Shown: piece by piece, positions 24,560 to 36,949 of the stretch
Layout of the letters: every line of letters begins with the position of its first letter
Position numbering within the stretch: position 1 is the stretch's first letter
Assembly: GCA_965649765.1 (NCBI GenBank)
Contig: OZ287749.1
Span: 40,486,001-40,550,000, forward strand
Length of the DNA stretch: 64,000 nucleotides
Origin: Bispira polyomma
Lineage: Eukaryota
Direction of reading: 5' to 3'
Notes under the pieces: generated by a model
Told to the model about the DNA's origin: nothing
The model's database searches: none
Seen by the model: the letters and a program-made list of their open reading frames with translations, nothing else
Program-made: the position numbers and the translations under genes

Positions 24560-24705
24560 TATGCCCTGTTCACATATTGGCGGTGTATGGTAGGCGGTAG
24601 CAGAAGGTAGTGGAAGGTACTGTATCTTGTCTTTATGTCATATCGGGCTGTTCCATCTAGGTATACCCCTATATACCCCTGAAACCTGTTCAGATAAGTT
24701 TTAAT
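24560..24705 (+). mobile_element. Terminal fragment of a Harbinger-like element
   Basis: GCCCTGTTCACATATTGGCGG..GAAGGTA..GGAAGGTACTG..CTTGTCTT..TACCCCTGAA is the inverted homolog of 42950-43075. Confidence 0.6.
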
Positions 24706-24812
24706 AGTAAATCTTTATTTTGTACTCTAGGTACATGAACAGGACAGAAGATATATTATGGAAATAGAAGATTAAATGCACAGATAAGTTACAGTAGTGA
24801 TACGGAAATACT

Positions 24813-25235
24813 TGGAAATAATCAGAAACTAGCGGAATTCCTCAGCTTGTTATAACCGGTTTACTCAAATGTAAATGAAGATTTCCAGTTACATTTGATG
24901 AAAGTGACGACTGCATCATGTTGTTGATTTATTGAGGACATAGGTAAATTAAATCTCATCTGGTCTTCAAGATGGCTTTCCAGGAAGACTCTTAGTTTCT
25001 CTCTAAGACTATGTCAGGAAATAATAATTGTGGAATTACCCAGCTTGTAATAACCGGTTTACTCAAATATAAATGTAGATTTCCGATTACATTTGATCAA
25101 AGTGTCAAGCGCAAATCGATCACATCATGTTGTTGATGTATTAAGGACATGGGGGAATTAAACCTCATTTGGTCTTCAAGACGGCTTTCAAGGAAGACTC
25201 TTAGTTTCCTCTGTGACTATGTCAAGGAATTATAA
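24813..25235. repeat. ~200-bp two-copy tandem duplication
   Basis: GGAATT.C.CAGCTTGT.ATAACCGGTTTACTCAAAT at 24834 and 25032 (period 198). Homology continues through GGAAGACTCTTAGTTT..GACTATGTCA. Confidence 0.9.
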
Positions 25236-26924
25236 TAAAGAATTGTGAGACTGAACAAGGCTAGGTTCATTGGTTTTGATAAATTGTGGACAATGATACC
25301 AGTTGTATTCATCTACATTACCTTTTCAAAATTACCCTCTCTTTTAAAAGTATTACAAATATCGGGATATGACTTTTGAAATTGATAAATTTATAGTTCA
25401 AAATACACCTGCCAAATTATCATTATTTTTCTTTTGTTATTATTCAAACCTGTACTCAACCCAATTGATCATAGAAATCATCTATAGAAATTAATTGAAT
25501 GGCCAAACTGTTTACAACACATTAACCTTTGAAATCAAATTTATCTTCTCTTTTGCAGGCAATGTATATAACAAAGTTCACCTTAACTTGAGATTCAGCT
25601 GTAATGAAAATCTATGTAGAAGTCCTTGTATATGGAAGTCACTTCTAACTGTGGGTCAGTCTATTAAAAAGAACCTTCATTGTCCAGGGCTGAATTATAT
25701 TGACGGCAGATACCTATATTTTAAAGTTGAGTCTGAAGGACTGGGATATTTGTGAGCTTTTGGCTAGGGCATATAGAAGGAAGTAGTCTGCTGATCTTTT
25801 TAATGGATTATACTCCAGTTACACCTCCTGGGGATACAACAGGTAGGGGTCAAGACACCTGCTCAGGGCAGGCAGTCTTATACCAGACACAACACTGGAT
25901 GAATTTCCCAATTAAATGTAAAATACTCCAAAACTACTGAAAAGGTTACAGACTTTCTCATATATTATCTAGTAACAGCAGTTGATATATTAAACAGGGA
26001 GTATTCTAGTTTCTAAGATATTATGAAAACAATTTGGATAACCTTTCTTACATTTTAGAGTTTAAGTGGCATTTAGAGGCTTCCACAACTAGTCCAATTA
26101 AATCTAAGACATTAAATATTGTATTATGTGGACTACTTTTATCCAAACATTAAATGTTAAAATGTATACTTCTCATTCAGAGTTATTAATGTGCATTTTT
26201 AACGCGCTTTATTGATGCTAGCACAACAGCAGAATCAGTGATCCAATCGTGTAGTCCATGGACATAGCAAGGTCGTAAGGAAAGATGTGGGGGTGTACAG
26301 AAGAGAACTAGGGTGGGTAGGCAAGGTTAAAGAGATAGCTTTAAGCTTTTTCCTTAAACCGATAAGTGTATCTACTGTTCTTATATCACTTATACTAGAA
26401 TGTCTTATTTTTGTGATTACCATATATAAATGTGGATTCTGTGGGACCAGGCTTGCTCAGGTCTTTGTATTTCCTTACCTCTATACATGCCATGTATGAG
26501 CTCACTATGAATCCAGCAGGCAAATAAATAATAGGCAGATAAATGTGTTGCCTCAACTGAAATACTTTTGTCAGATCAGCCAGCCTTTTAATAATCCACA
26601 CAATGCCCTCATATATTACATGGGTAAAAGGGGCTTCAGAAAGTCTAGCTTTTACAACACTAGGTTTTGAATCTTAAATACTGCAGCCTTCTCATTTGTG
26701 AGACTATACTTGGTATTTATAGCTACAACCCAGTGTCACACATTTTATAGACACCCATATTAGCTGCCTTTTATAAGCATGAAAATTATGTCAGAAAATA
26801 TATCTGTTTTTCCTGACATCAGAACGAGGCTACAAGGCTACATTTGATTGTGTCTATTATCTTGGACATTCTGAGTACTCTTAACTTTAGTGGCAGTTGC
26901 AAAAAAAGTTCAATACAAAATTAT

Positions 26925-27110
26925 TTGCACCCCATTATAGAAACTTCTATTACAAAAATATTCAGTTTTATGAACTCAGTTTTACTCGCCCAAATTTACA
27001 TTTTCCTATACATGGTTTTTACCAAAATGCATCTTTTTTTGGTGAAGCTTCAATTATCTTAACAAATTCTTGGTCTCCCAGTATTTTCGGATAATAGAGA
27101 TTCTACTGTA
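26925..27110 (+). mobile_element. MITE family M1
   Basis: Ends TTCGGATAATAGAGATTCTACTGTA; internal TTTTATGAACTC and AAATGC motifs. Confidence 0.65.
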
Positions 27111-28597
27111 TTATATAAGGCTATCCATATACAAATATAGTACAGATCTCCAACATTGTTCCCACTCGTATCTAAACATGAACCAATTATGTAGAAAATA
27201 TATAGATTCCCAGGAACATGTAAAAGGGCCTGTTTCCATACGTGCGAAAGAACACATCCATACATGTACACACCTGCGTACATCAGGCGTTTTTATTTAC
27301 GGATACAGACGGAGGAAGTTTAAAATAATTACTTTTGTACTTTCTACAGTCAGTTATTTTGTATCAAAACTTGTGGCCTAAGATAATAATGGTGCAAGAA
27401 TGTTGAAATAAAAAATACCTTGAGACTGGATGTTATGAAATAAACAACGGGGTCAGAACATGAAAATGCGTATGTGCCTGTGGAAGCAGTACTTAAGTGG
27501 TAGCATTTCCTAGCATTGTTTTGTGTGGCACAGTATCAGTGCAGTGTGCATGCACGCATGGTACAATAATGATTGATGTCAGTTTTAATTGAGCCGTACT
27601 ACTGCTACAATTGTTGATACAAAACATCTTTTTCAACTGGTCTAAAAATGCCTCTCGTTTTGTGGTTATTTACTGTTTGTTCCAAAATAATAATAACTTA
27701 CTGTGGAAAAAAAAGGTGCCGAGTCACTAGATGTGTCTAACATTTCTCTGCATATAATTAAATGAAATGAAAAGACTGCACCCAGTGGCTGGTTTTGGAC
27801 AACACAGATGTTAGTGAACAATTCCCATATGGTGGGAAACCAACACAACATAATGACCAAAATTAAAAGACTAATTAATATACATAAAACAACCTGAGTA
27901 GCTCTTTCATGCTGGTCAGATGTGAATTTATGTAAACTACTAATGTAATTAATATCTCGAGCAATGCGTCCTGGCGTCATAGGCTACTGTTTTTGTATAG
28001 ATGGGAACCTTGGTTTGATTACATTTATATCACAATTGTGTACCCTTGGTAAAATATCGAGGGGTTGAGTTAAAACCGTGTCTAACATGACTTGTGTTGT
28101 GACACCACAACATCATTACAAAATACACATGAATGATGCCTGTTTTGTGTTTTTTCTTACTTGAAAAACACGGGAGCTATTCTGTGAGACAAAAACACTT
28201 CTGCTTCTAACAAAGCAGGATTTTGAGGGCAATATATCATCTCATCAGAGACCAAGCAAAACAAGAGTCCTACTAGCTAACTACCAACCAATTACGCTTG
28301 TAAAATAGCTGACAGTTGGGGAGGGTATGTGCTCTATGCTATGTGATGTTTTTTCTGAGTATGTTTGCCAGGTAATTTTTTTATATACAAGGGAACAAGT
28401 AGATCCTGTTGTATACAGTGGTAGGGTGTAAGGCAGAGAGAGAGAGAGAGGGGGGGGAGTGGAATGTTAGCCTTGATTAGGCCCTTGTTTGTCAGAACAT
28501 CTCATTCATTTTTCACTAATTCATAATATGTGGTATACATAATGTCCTATAATTACTGAAATATAAATCCCCAGGGTATTGTGTGTTCTCCAAAAAA

Positions 28598-28625
28598 AGG
28601 GGAAGGGGAGGGGGGGGGGGGGGGG
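28598..28625 (+). repeat. G-rich tract; (AG)n near 28435 and poly-G at 28936-28950
   Basis: GGGGAAGGGGAG followed by a G run, seen directly. Confidence 0.85.
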
Positions 28626-28649
28626 CTATCATTAAATTTGAATTTTAGT

Positions 28650-28765
28650 TGAGTTTACATTGTTTGCAACAGCTTAGGTTATATCATGATAGCCAGATTA
28701 AGTGGTGGAAGAAACCAGCGCTATAACAGTGTAAACCGTCGACCTACACCAAGTACCTGCTAAAC
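28650..28765 (-). mobile_element. V-domain-like SINE 3' fragment
   Basis: GTTATATCATG..GGTGGAAGAAACC.G..AAACC..CGACCT..CAAGTA resembles the antisense of the V domain (TTTTCTCCGGGTACTCCGGTTTCCTCC) and tail of mollusc V-SINEs, recalled from memory. Confidence 0.5.
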
Positions 28766-30109
28766 AGGCTGATCTGCATTATCACACAATTATCTCATAC
28801 AAGTCACTATTTTAACATTACTAACACTACTTGAAGGTGAGAATTGCCAATTTCCCACTATATTTTACTGTCGTACTTGCTAAAAAATATTTGCATTTAG
28901 TGATTTAAAAATCTGAGTGGGCTATAATCAGAGGAGGGGGGGGGGGGGGGAGTTTACTACAGTTGGTATGATACATTTGAATCAGCACAATGCACTCATT
29001 TAAGGGACAGCTTACTGGTTCTATCCAAAAATAGGCCATCTGTTACCCATAGGAGTAGACTATCGTAAAGTAGATGTATACAAAGTTTTGAATCAAACTC
29101 GAGGAGATTTTCTGACAACTATGAGCCTAGAACCAGACTTAGGGGCCATAAGATGTGAGGCAGCAGATCACTTCTATGGACTCTTAGTAGTAAAACACTG
29201 GTAGTAAGAGACTGGCAGAATAGACCACTCAAACTCACAAATCGGAATTGAAAAAGATCTGTAATACATACTTCAGAAGTCAGTGTAGAAAGTGTATGTA
29301 CGCTCCTTGAAATTTCTAGTTTTTACGTTTTTTCCCCGTATTTCAAAATTTGAATTTTACATTTTACATACAATTCGTAAACATATTATTATAAAAGTAA
29401 TTATGAAATAGCAGTTTTTGGAATTGGTAGACTTGAATCTCTCGGAGGTAAATCTTTTCCATCTTTGTAAATTTTTAACAGCAGCATTTAAATAAATATC
29501 TTGCATGTACATATATATATCAGTTAAGAGAGTCAACATACAAGTTTTTAAAAGTAGTCCGACACCCTCCCTCGCCTATAGCGCCTTACATGAGTACATC
29601 GTGTTAACACAACTGGCTTTCTCTGTATTGCCCCTGTGTTTTTTTTTCTGTGTACTTCTCTCACTATTAACACATCTCAGTTCTCTCTCCTCCCTATGTG
29701 TATATATTAAATACATACCAGTGTTAACTAAACACCTGAAATACAAGAGCGCCCTCTCTTCTCACCCTTTTTTCCAATCTCTGGAGGAAAGTTATAGGTT
29801 TTTATTGTTATAACAACATTTGGCAGCAGCAGCAGCACATCATTGCCTGGACAACACAGGGGGAACAGACTGGGATTTCTTATATCATTTACAGGATATC
29901 TGTATGTTATCCTCCAAAGTGGAATCTACACAATTTCCAGATTTTTCTTTGGGAAAAAAAGGTGACAATTCATATTCTGCATGTCTTTAAAATGTATCCA
30001 GGGCATTTTGTGAATAACTCACGTATTTTATAATACATCTTGTGTATTGTTTTGATTATAAAATCACTATTCTACAAAACAATCATAAAATTGTATAATA
30101 ATAGAATCC

Positions 30110-30280
30110 TTGTTATTATTACTTATTACAACATTTAGATAGCAGTCTATTGGTATTTCATCCTCTAAAAAGTGCTCATTCTACCAAAGAGTTAGTCCCA
30201 CAACACAGCCTGGGAAGTCATCAGTAGGCTTTTTTGTGGCGTGTTCACATCCCAAGGATGTTATCCCACCAATGAATCTA
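30110..30280 (-). mobile_element. SINE family A body and tail (tail type A2)
   Basis: Reverse complement GGGATAACATCCTTGGGATGTGAAC..GCCTACTGATGAC..GCTGTGTTGTGGGACTA..TGCTATCTAAATG..(TAA)n is colinear with 37075-37235. Confidence 0.75.
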
Positions 30281-30555
30281 GTTTTTTTCCTATATTACAC
30301 TAAACCCCACCATCTAGTTTATGAACCTTCTATTGAGTGAAACCACTCACCACAGCTTTTCTTTTGGATACTAGGATATTTATTACGGTCTTTTACAACT
30401 GATGTCATCTTGCGTGTAAATATACACGTAAATATCAAAATTTCAGGGTTTTAATCTCTGAACTAGTGAATTCAAAGGCAAGACAATCCAACTCACCAAA
30501 AATGACTTTGAGTGATTACTTGTGTATCTCATGTGTGATGATTTTTCTTTGCTAG

Positions 30556-30621
30556 GTTTCTGCCCCAGTGTGTGCAGTCAGTAAGTCCCTTTCCACTGGT
30601 AACCCCAATATACAAGCAATG
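30556..30621 (+). other. Candidate 66-nt exon (unverified)
   Basis: ATTTTTCTTTGCTAG| acceptor and ATG|GTAAGT donor. Length is a multiple of 3; phase 0 is open (VSAPVCAVSKSLSTGNPNIQAM). No homology recognised. Confidence 0.3.
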
Positions 30622-32000
30622 GTAAGTATTTTGATTTCTGATATGGCTGTTGTAATAATAATTTGCTGCGTAATAGGTAGAATTAATAGCATGTTCAAAG
30701 TTGTTAGAGGATGCTTTATCCAAAATATCTTCTACAATGTACATTAACATTTTTCCTGACTATAATAATACAAAATCCCAATTCCTAAACTAGAACTAGA
30801 CTCCTATTCAGGGACTCAGTGGAGAGCAGATACCTTCACCAGGTGCCACAGTGCAAGAAAAAAAAGACACTTTTACTTTTTTGTCGTATGCCACTTCGAC
30901 GGTGATATGTGATAGTTCAAAATTTATTAGGTTCTTCCTTTTCCCCTGCCTTAGTCCTCCACCATGTTTGGTCCAAATTGGTTAGTAGTTTTTGAAACCA
31001 ACAAACACACAGGGCTAGTTTATAACATCTGATTGATTTATTACGTAAAGGTACCATATTTTATGCTGCACTAATGTACAGCTTTACCTTATACATTTAC
31101 TTAATTATTACAAAAACAGACAACTTCTCTATCTCTATGTCACCACCTAGTAAAATACCATTATATTGTCAGCCATTTTTATCAGGTTAAAGACAAAATC
31201 CTATATAGATCATTCCAAATTTTCCTTTTAAAAAATCTTCAAAGCTCCGAATTGTGAATGTATCTTATTACCGAGGGCAACAGCTCCTTAACCTTAAAGG
31301 ATGATGCTAATTAGTCAACATTTTAGAAACCTTTTCTTTCTAAACCTCGATATGTGTGGCAGAAGTTGGTATGTAGACTTAATGCATAACTTTCCGATGC
31401 CTCTTAACGTAGTGAAAAATCTTTCCAATTACCTTTATTAATACAGAAATAATGTGTTTCTATTTTTGTTTCTATAGAATAAAACACTCACTAGCTACTG
31501 ACAAATGGTCAACATGTTTCACTGGATTTTTTTATTATTGTCCACACTAAATATGAACCAGTTTCTACCAATAGTCATTTCCAAGATAAGATTCTCACAT
31601 AAAGTAACCGACTGGTAAAGAAAGACAACCTTCTTGTTGGTCTTGTAACAGTTTACCTTACAAGGGTCTAGATGCCAAAAACAAGACAAATGAAACAATA
31701 AAAGTACATCTTAAATGCCACAAGAAGACAAAGACCTGTTATTTTCAATTCATTAGAGCTAGCTGTGAAAACTTGTTACTTTACCCTGCAGGATGCATTC
31801 TTTAAACCATGTTAGATCTTGACAAGGTTAGCTCCTCTCCTATCTCCTATTGTAATAAAGCCCCTTGCAGATAAAAGTGACATAAAAGCGTAAATATTTA
31901 AACACCAACCGTGGCACTTCCAAATTAGAAACACCAAATATATAACATACTCAGAACCCTTAATCATAATCTGTGGTGAAATTTGTAGTATTATTAAATA

Positions 32001-32593
32001 AAAAGTGTCCTAAAACTCTAGCAATCTTGCAATCCTGGCATCTTTGAGCTTTAGACCCTGTTTTGTCTCAATGGCGGTAGACTACTAATAAATAAGCTTC
32101 GATTGTTGTGCCTTAATAACTCTAGCTATTTCATTATCTAGGCATGTTCGAGCTTAAGATTCTGTTTTGTCAGATGGCGGTTTTGACTTGTACTGAATAT
32201 GCTGAATAACTGAATAACGTTGTTGTTCTTTAAAAGCTGCTCGTACAGAGATTAACTTTTAGATTTCCGACTATGACTAGATGATTATAATACAAGGAAT
32301 GGCTGCAAAACACCTGCCACGTTTTTGTTGTTGGGAACCACTGAGGCCGAAGTTGGGATCTATCCAGGTAGATTCTGTGCAGAGGTGATGTTGTCTGAAA
32401 GATGTTAGACTGTCAGTATCTCAAATTTGTATTTATCTTGGATAAATATGCTGCTATAAAGTTGTAATATATGTTATAGAAACCTGGTAACCTTCTATAA
32501 TGTCAATGGTATGAATACAACTACATTAGACAGATAGGAGAGGATGTCATGAAAAGTTTAGCATATTGAAATACTAAATAATCATCCATGTCA
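32001..32593 (+). repeat. Local dispersed repeat L, copy 1 (longest)
   Basis: Colinear with 37591-37991 (AATCCTGGCATCTTT; GATGATTATAA.ACAAGGAA; CCAGGTA.ATTCTGTGCAGA; GATAAATATGCTGCTATAAAGTTGTA). Has ~190 extra bp containing a ~103-bp internal duplication. Confidence 0.85.
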
Positions 32594-32784
32594 AAAAAAA
32601 ATATTGAAATAGTAGCTCTACTCTGGCATGCTACATATGCCATTTTACAATTGGCTGCAGGATGTATGCTTATAACCCGAGGGTTAGATCTCTGATTGGG
32701 TCCTGTCTTATTCTGTCTTTCACTATATAAACCCCTTTGGAGACTAAAAGCGACATACCACCAAAATTAGAACCATTAGTTGAT

Positions 32785-32912
32785 GTTTCCATGCAGGCAA
32801 TTTTATAAGGCGTTCAGTTGACGGCAATTTTATAGGTTTTATTGATTTACAAGTATCGGTTTCCAAGTGAGCAATGCCGATAAGCAGCGGGCAATGCAAG
32901 GCAATTTTTTCA
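32785..32912 (+). mobile_element. Fragment of the Harbinger-like family at 22859
   Basis: GTTTCCATGCAGGCAA and GGTTTCCAAGTGAGCAATGCCGATAAGC..GGCAATGCAAGGCAATTTTTT match both ends of 22859-23217. Confidence 0.65.
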
Positions 32913-34164
32913 CTTAACATAAAAATTGCTGATTGCCGTCGTCCATTGCGGACATAGAAACGTAGACTAACCATATATATATACTAACTGTGATGTTACA
33001 ACATTTAGAATATAGACAAAAACTTTTTTAGTTGCATCGCCCTGAGTTTAGGTAAGTATTTGGTCATATAATCTGATTATTTATTATTATTGAGAGATTA
33101 TGTATATTGTGTGTATATTTTGGTGTACATAAATTGGTCATGTCAGATAGTTGCTGTAAATGGCTTTGAGTACTGCATCTTGTTGCACCATACGTGTTCT
33201 AGAAAGTTCCTTAAGAATGCTGTTTCTCCAGTGGTTTAAATGTATTTAATTATAGAATTCACCTTTCTGTACTCATGGACCATAACTACTATTCATATAT
33301 CTACAAAAACAAACCAATTAACATTCTGGTGATGGTTTGTTAATAAGGTGGTCATTTTATACAAAAAGGTATTAGTTCACTCAAGATACTGTGCCATTTT
33401 CTGTGCCAAGACAACCAAAAATGGCGAAGTTTTAACTGTTCTACCTCAAGATATAATACAACTACCCTGTTTGTGTACATTTATTATACAGTATCTTTTG
33501 TACACTGTTATACATTACATCTACACCAGGTTAAATCAACTCTTGTCACTGATATCTGCTCTCCAGTTTGTAGAAGTTATCATTGCGTGTAGGGCAAAAG
33601 CATTTTTAGTTCTTCCAGCTGAGGCCTCCCCACTTTGTCCTCTTTAGTTTTTACACCATTTTAAAGTAAAACCTTTGTTCTCTCAATTCATTGCTGATAA
33701 TAGAATATTTTATGCTGAACCAGACAACAGAATGCAAAATAAGAACAACAAAAGACCTTTATAACTTAATGAAGTTTAATAATATTACTGTTAAATGTTG
33801 TTATCTTTGTTTTACCAGTAATCTAGGTATTTACATAAAATTGAAATTCCACATTAAAAATATAAAATACTTCTGGTGTTAATCTCAGGAAAATTTGCTT
33901 TACTCGAACTTCAACATAGTCTTGTCTAAAGCTGGTTAAAAGTTACTCATTCACTCACCATTCATGCACAATGTCACTTCTCAGATATTGTCTAATGTTT
34001 AAAAGCAAACAAAATTCTGACAATTCTGAAAGTGTACCTGCTAATGTACCCCCTTAGTTTGCTGTTTGTACACCACATTCTTCCTTAAGACCATACTAAG
34101 TATCCCTACATCCCTTCATTATGACCTTACTGAGTACCCCCACATCCTTGTTTTTTTTTAACTT

Positions 34165-34235
34165 CTCAGTTGGTTAATTGATTCTGTTGTTGCGCTTTGG
34201 AAGATGCCTCGCATCAATAAGGCATGTTAATAATT
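34165..34235 (+). mobile_element. SINE family A1 tail only
   Basis: GTTGCGCTTTGGAAGATGCCTCGCATCAATAAGGCATGTTAATAA. Confidence 0.65.
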
Positions 34236-34249
34236 AACAATTACAAGTG

Positions 34250-34432
34250 AAGTCGTACCTCTGTTATCTAAACATGTTGAGAAATAATATAGTATGGATA
34301 ATATAAGGTTCATAAAATGGAAGAGCCTTTTAATAGAAAACAATAGAAAAACATTGGAGAGTGAAAAGGAGTTCATGTATCGGTGTAATCGAATATTCGG
34401 ATAGAAGTTGAGAAAATACAGGTTCTACCGTA
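34250..34432 (-). mobile_element. MITE family M1
   Basis: GTCGTACCTCTGTTATC ... CAGGTTCTACCGTA termini; internal motifs antisense to the 41485 copy. Confidence 0.6.
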
Positions 34433-35389
34433 TAAGTGATATTTGACTTGTAACCATGTTGTAACCATATCGCCTTTACAAGGCTAATGACTTAGAAACT
34501 AATTATCTGGAATGTTAAACACTTGCTTTCTAGAGAATTGAGGGAAAACACACAAACACCTTGTACCAACATGTTGTGGTGCAGGAAAGTGATCAGAACC
34601 AAACTTCTGTACTGAAACAACCTTTATCAAAGTTGTACTTTTCTTTGAACATACTGCAGTGTAGTACAATTGACCTCCAGAGACAAGAAATTTCAACCAC
34701 AAGAGTTAATCCATGTTGTATACACTTGTTGTGATAAGAAATTACAATGGACCAATGGATTATCTACAAATCTATTAAAACTTAGAAAGCTTTATCCTAA
34801 TATACCTTTGGTGGTGGAAATTATATCTGAAGCCAAAATTAAAACGAGGTAAAATCTAAATATTTTGAACTGGATAATAACGTTATTTAAAGACTTAGAA
34901 CACACTATGTTATTACAAATATAACTCCTAACCTTATAAATTTCTCTTAAGTCCGCACCTAAAAATCAGTTTAACAAATACATACCCACACCAAACAATG
35001 GGGGCCGTAAACAATCGGAGAAGCACATAGAAATCATATATGGGGACATTGTGAACATGGTATCAAAGTTCTAAACCTTCTTGCAACCTTATTTATTTCA
35101 AAAGATGTGTTTGCAATCACTGTCACAGAATCATATCAGAAGTCTGTGACCAATAACAACAGCAGACCTTAGTATTATGAACACATGTATTCTGGCAATT
35201 AAAAGTAGCAATTTTAGTAGTTTAAAATTAAAAGTTAATGAACCATTTTCTGTTTTAGTGGGGTGTTTGTGTTCTTCATAAATCTCTATTACACTTTATC
35301 TTAAGCTGTACCATAAACAGCTGAACCTCAAAGGAAATATGTCTACTTAGCACAATTTCTACTTAGGGTGGGTTTTAAAACAGATGTTT

Positions 35390-35600
35390 CTCTCCCATGG
35401 TGTAGTGTTTAAGGAATTAGTCAGGGTGATAAGAAGGTCCCCGGTTCGACATCTGCTGATGCTGCTAGGTTCATTGCCATTGCCTACTGATCCACGATGC
35501 AGGCTTTATTGTAGGACATATGATTGGTTGATTTGGTTGTTGCACTTTAGAAGATGCCTTTGCATCAATAAAGCGTGTTAAAAATATATAATACAATCCA
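35390..35600 (+). mobile_element. SINE family A1, internally deleted
   Basis: CTCCCATGGTGTAGTG A box, GGTCCCCGGTTCGAC B box, GCCATTGCCTACTGAT core, GAAGATGCCTTTGCATCAATAAAGCGTGTTAAAAAT tail. Confidence 0.8.
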
Positions 35601-36949
35601 ATAATACTGATGGAGCTCAATGCGTTCTACTTAAGAGGGTTCAACTGCAAGTCATATACTAACAATGACACAAATTTTTTAAGTTGAAGGACTCTTTCCC
35701 AGTAGATCTACTCACACACAAATTTTGGATAAATACAAAGTAAATCTATAATTATCATACTGGAAATATATGTATGGATAAGTGTGATAATTTCTTAAAA
35801 ACAAAATCTAATTTTTCAGGTTAAACCTTGTCTCCAATATGTCTTGCACAATGGTGTAATGTCATGCATTTTGTCCAAAACCACAATACTAAATGTACCT
35901 CGCATGTTTACAAACTAATTTTAGAATAAATATTATAGAGTGACAATTGCAAAATTTAATTAGTGTGACATTATTTCTGAGGTGAAGCTTTGCAATGTGA
36001 CAGGAATGTCACTACTGCAGAAACATCATTAAACACAGGATATTCAATCAATTAGTCGGATTATGACTGCCGTTGTTTTTGACCACTTTAATTGTCCAAC
36101 GCACATAACTATAGACACACACATACAGTAGTTTGTTGTACCTTTGGGCCTTTAATACAGACTGGACAGTCATTAGCATGCATATGAAAGCTTAAACGTA
36201 AATTACAGTTCAAACTGAAAACTTAAGCTGTACAAAATAATACTATATTACCAAAGAAATTGTACCTTTTCAGCATTTTCTTGTACTTATTTACATACCT
36301 TGTATGGTGTAAACATAACTCACTATACCCAACACTAATTCAAAGATATATGACAATAACAAAAAGATAAATCACAACATGAGCAGGACACAGCGCTAAG
36401 TGTACCGGTACTTAAAAGCTCACTTAACATTTCATAGTCTAATACAATTAATGCCACTAAAGTTTGACGATGGTTTTTTATGACCATGTGATGTGCCTAG
36501 TGGCCATTTACTGTGACCTGAGCCATCCACCTGTCTATAAGTCACAGTCTTCACAGCCATGTAGACACATGTAGTCTTTGTGTACTGTACATGTAGAATA
36601 GTATACATTTGCACACACATTTCTATAGCGCCACAGTCAGTTTAGAACCAGACAACTATAGTCCTTTACATCACAATCTTTCAGCTCAATCCTACTGGTA
36701 TCTTTTTTGTTAAAACCTACAATTGAAGCTTGACAAACCTCAGGGAACCAGAAGAACCATTTCCACTTTAACAGGATGTCCACTTAAACGGGTAATATTT
36801 AATTGAAAAGGCCTTCTATAGATCATACATGCATCCATCTCTGTATGTAACCGTGATTTTATAGTAGATTAGACCGCATCTAGTCACATAGGTTTATATT
36901 CATCATGGTATCCCTGGCCAAGGCATCTCTGAGGTTAACACCTGAATTA

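Noticed and set aside
24870-24940. C/D-box snoRNA in the 198-bp duplication
   Set aside because: The boxes are degenerate (ATGAAGA, TTGA), not conserved in the second copy, and there is no terminal stem.
31171-31186. Partial resemblance to conserved miRNAs (miR-1985-like here, miR-137-like near 60328, miR-1993-like near 3611)
   Set aside because: Only the 5' parts match sequences recalled from memory, and no flanking precursor hairpin is visible.
32280-32408. Indel-free 42-codon frame shared with 37678-37806 as a small protein
   Set aside because: Only 3 of 15 differences are synonymous (about neutral), there are in-frame stops just upstream with no start codon, and copy 3 is frameshifted.
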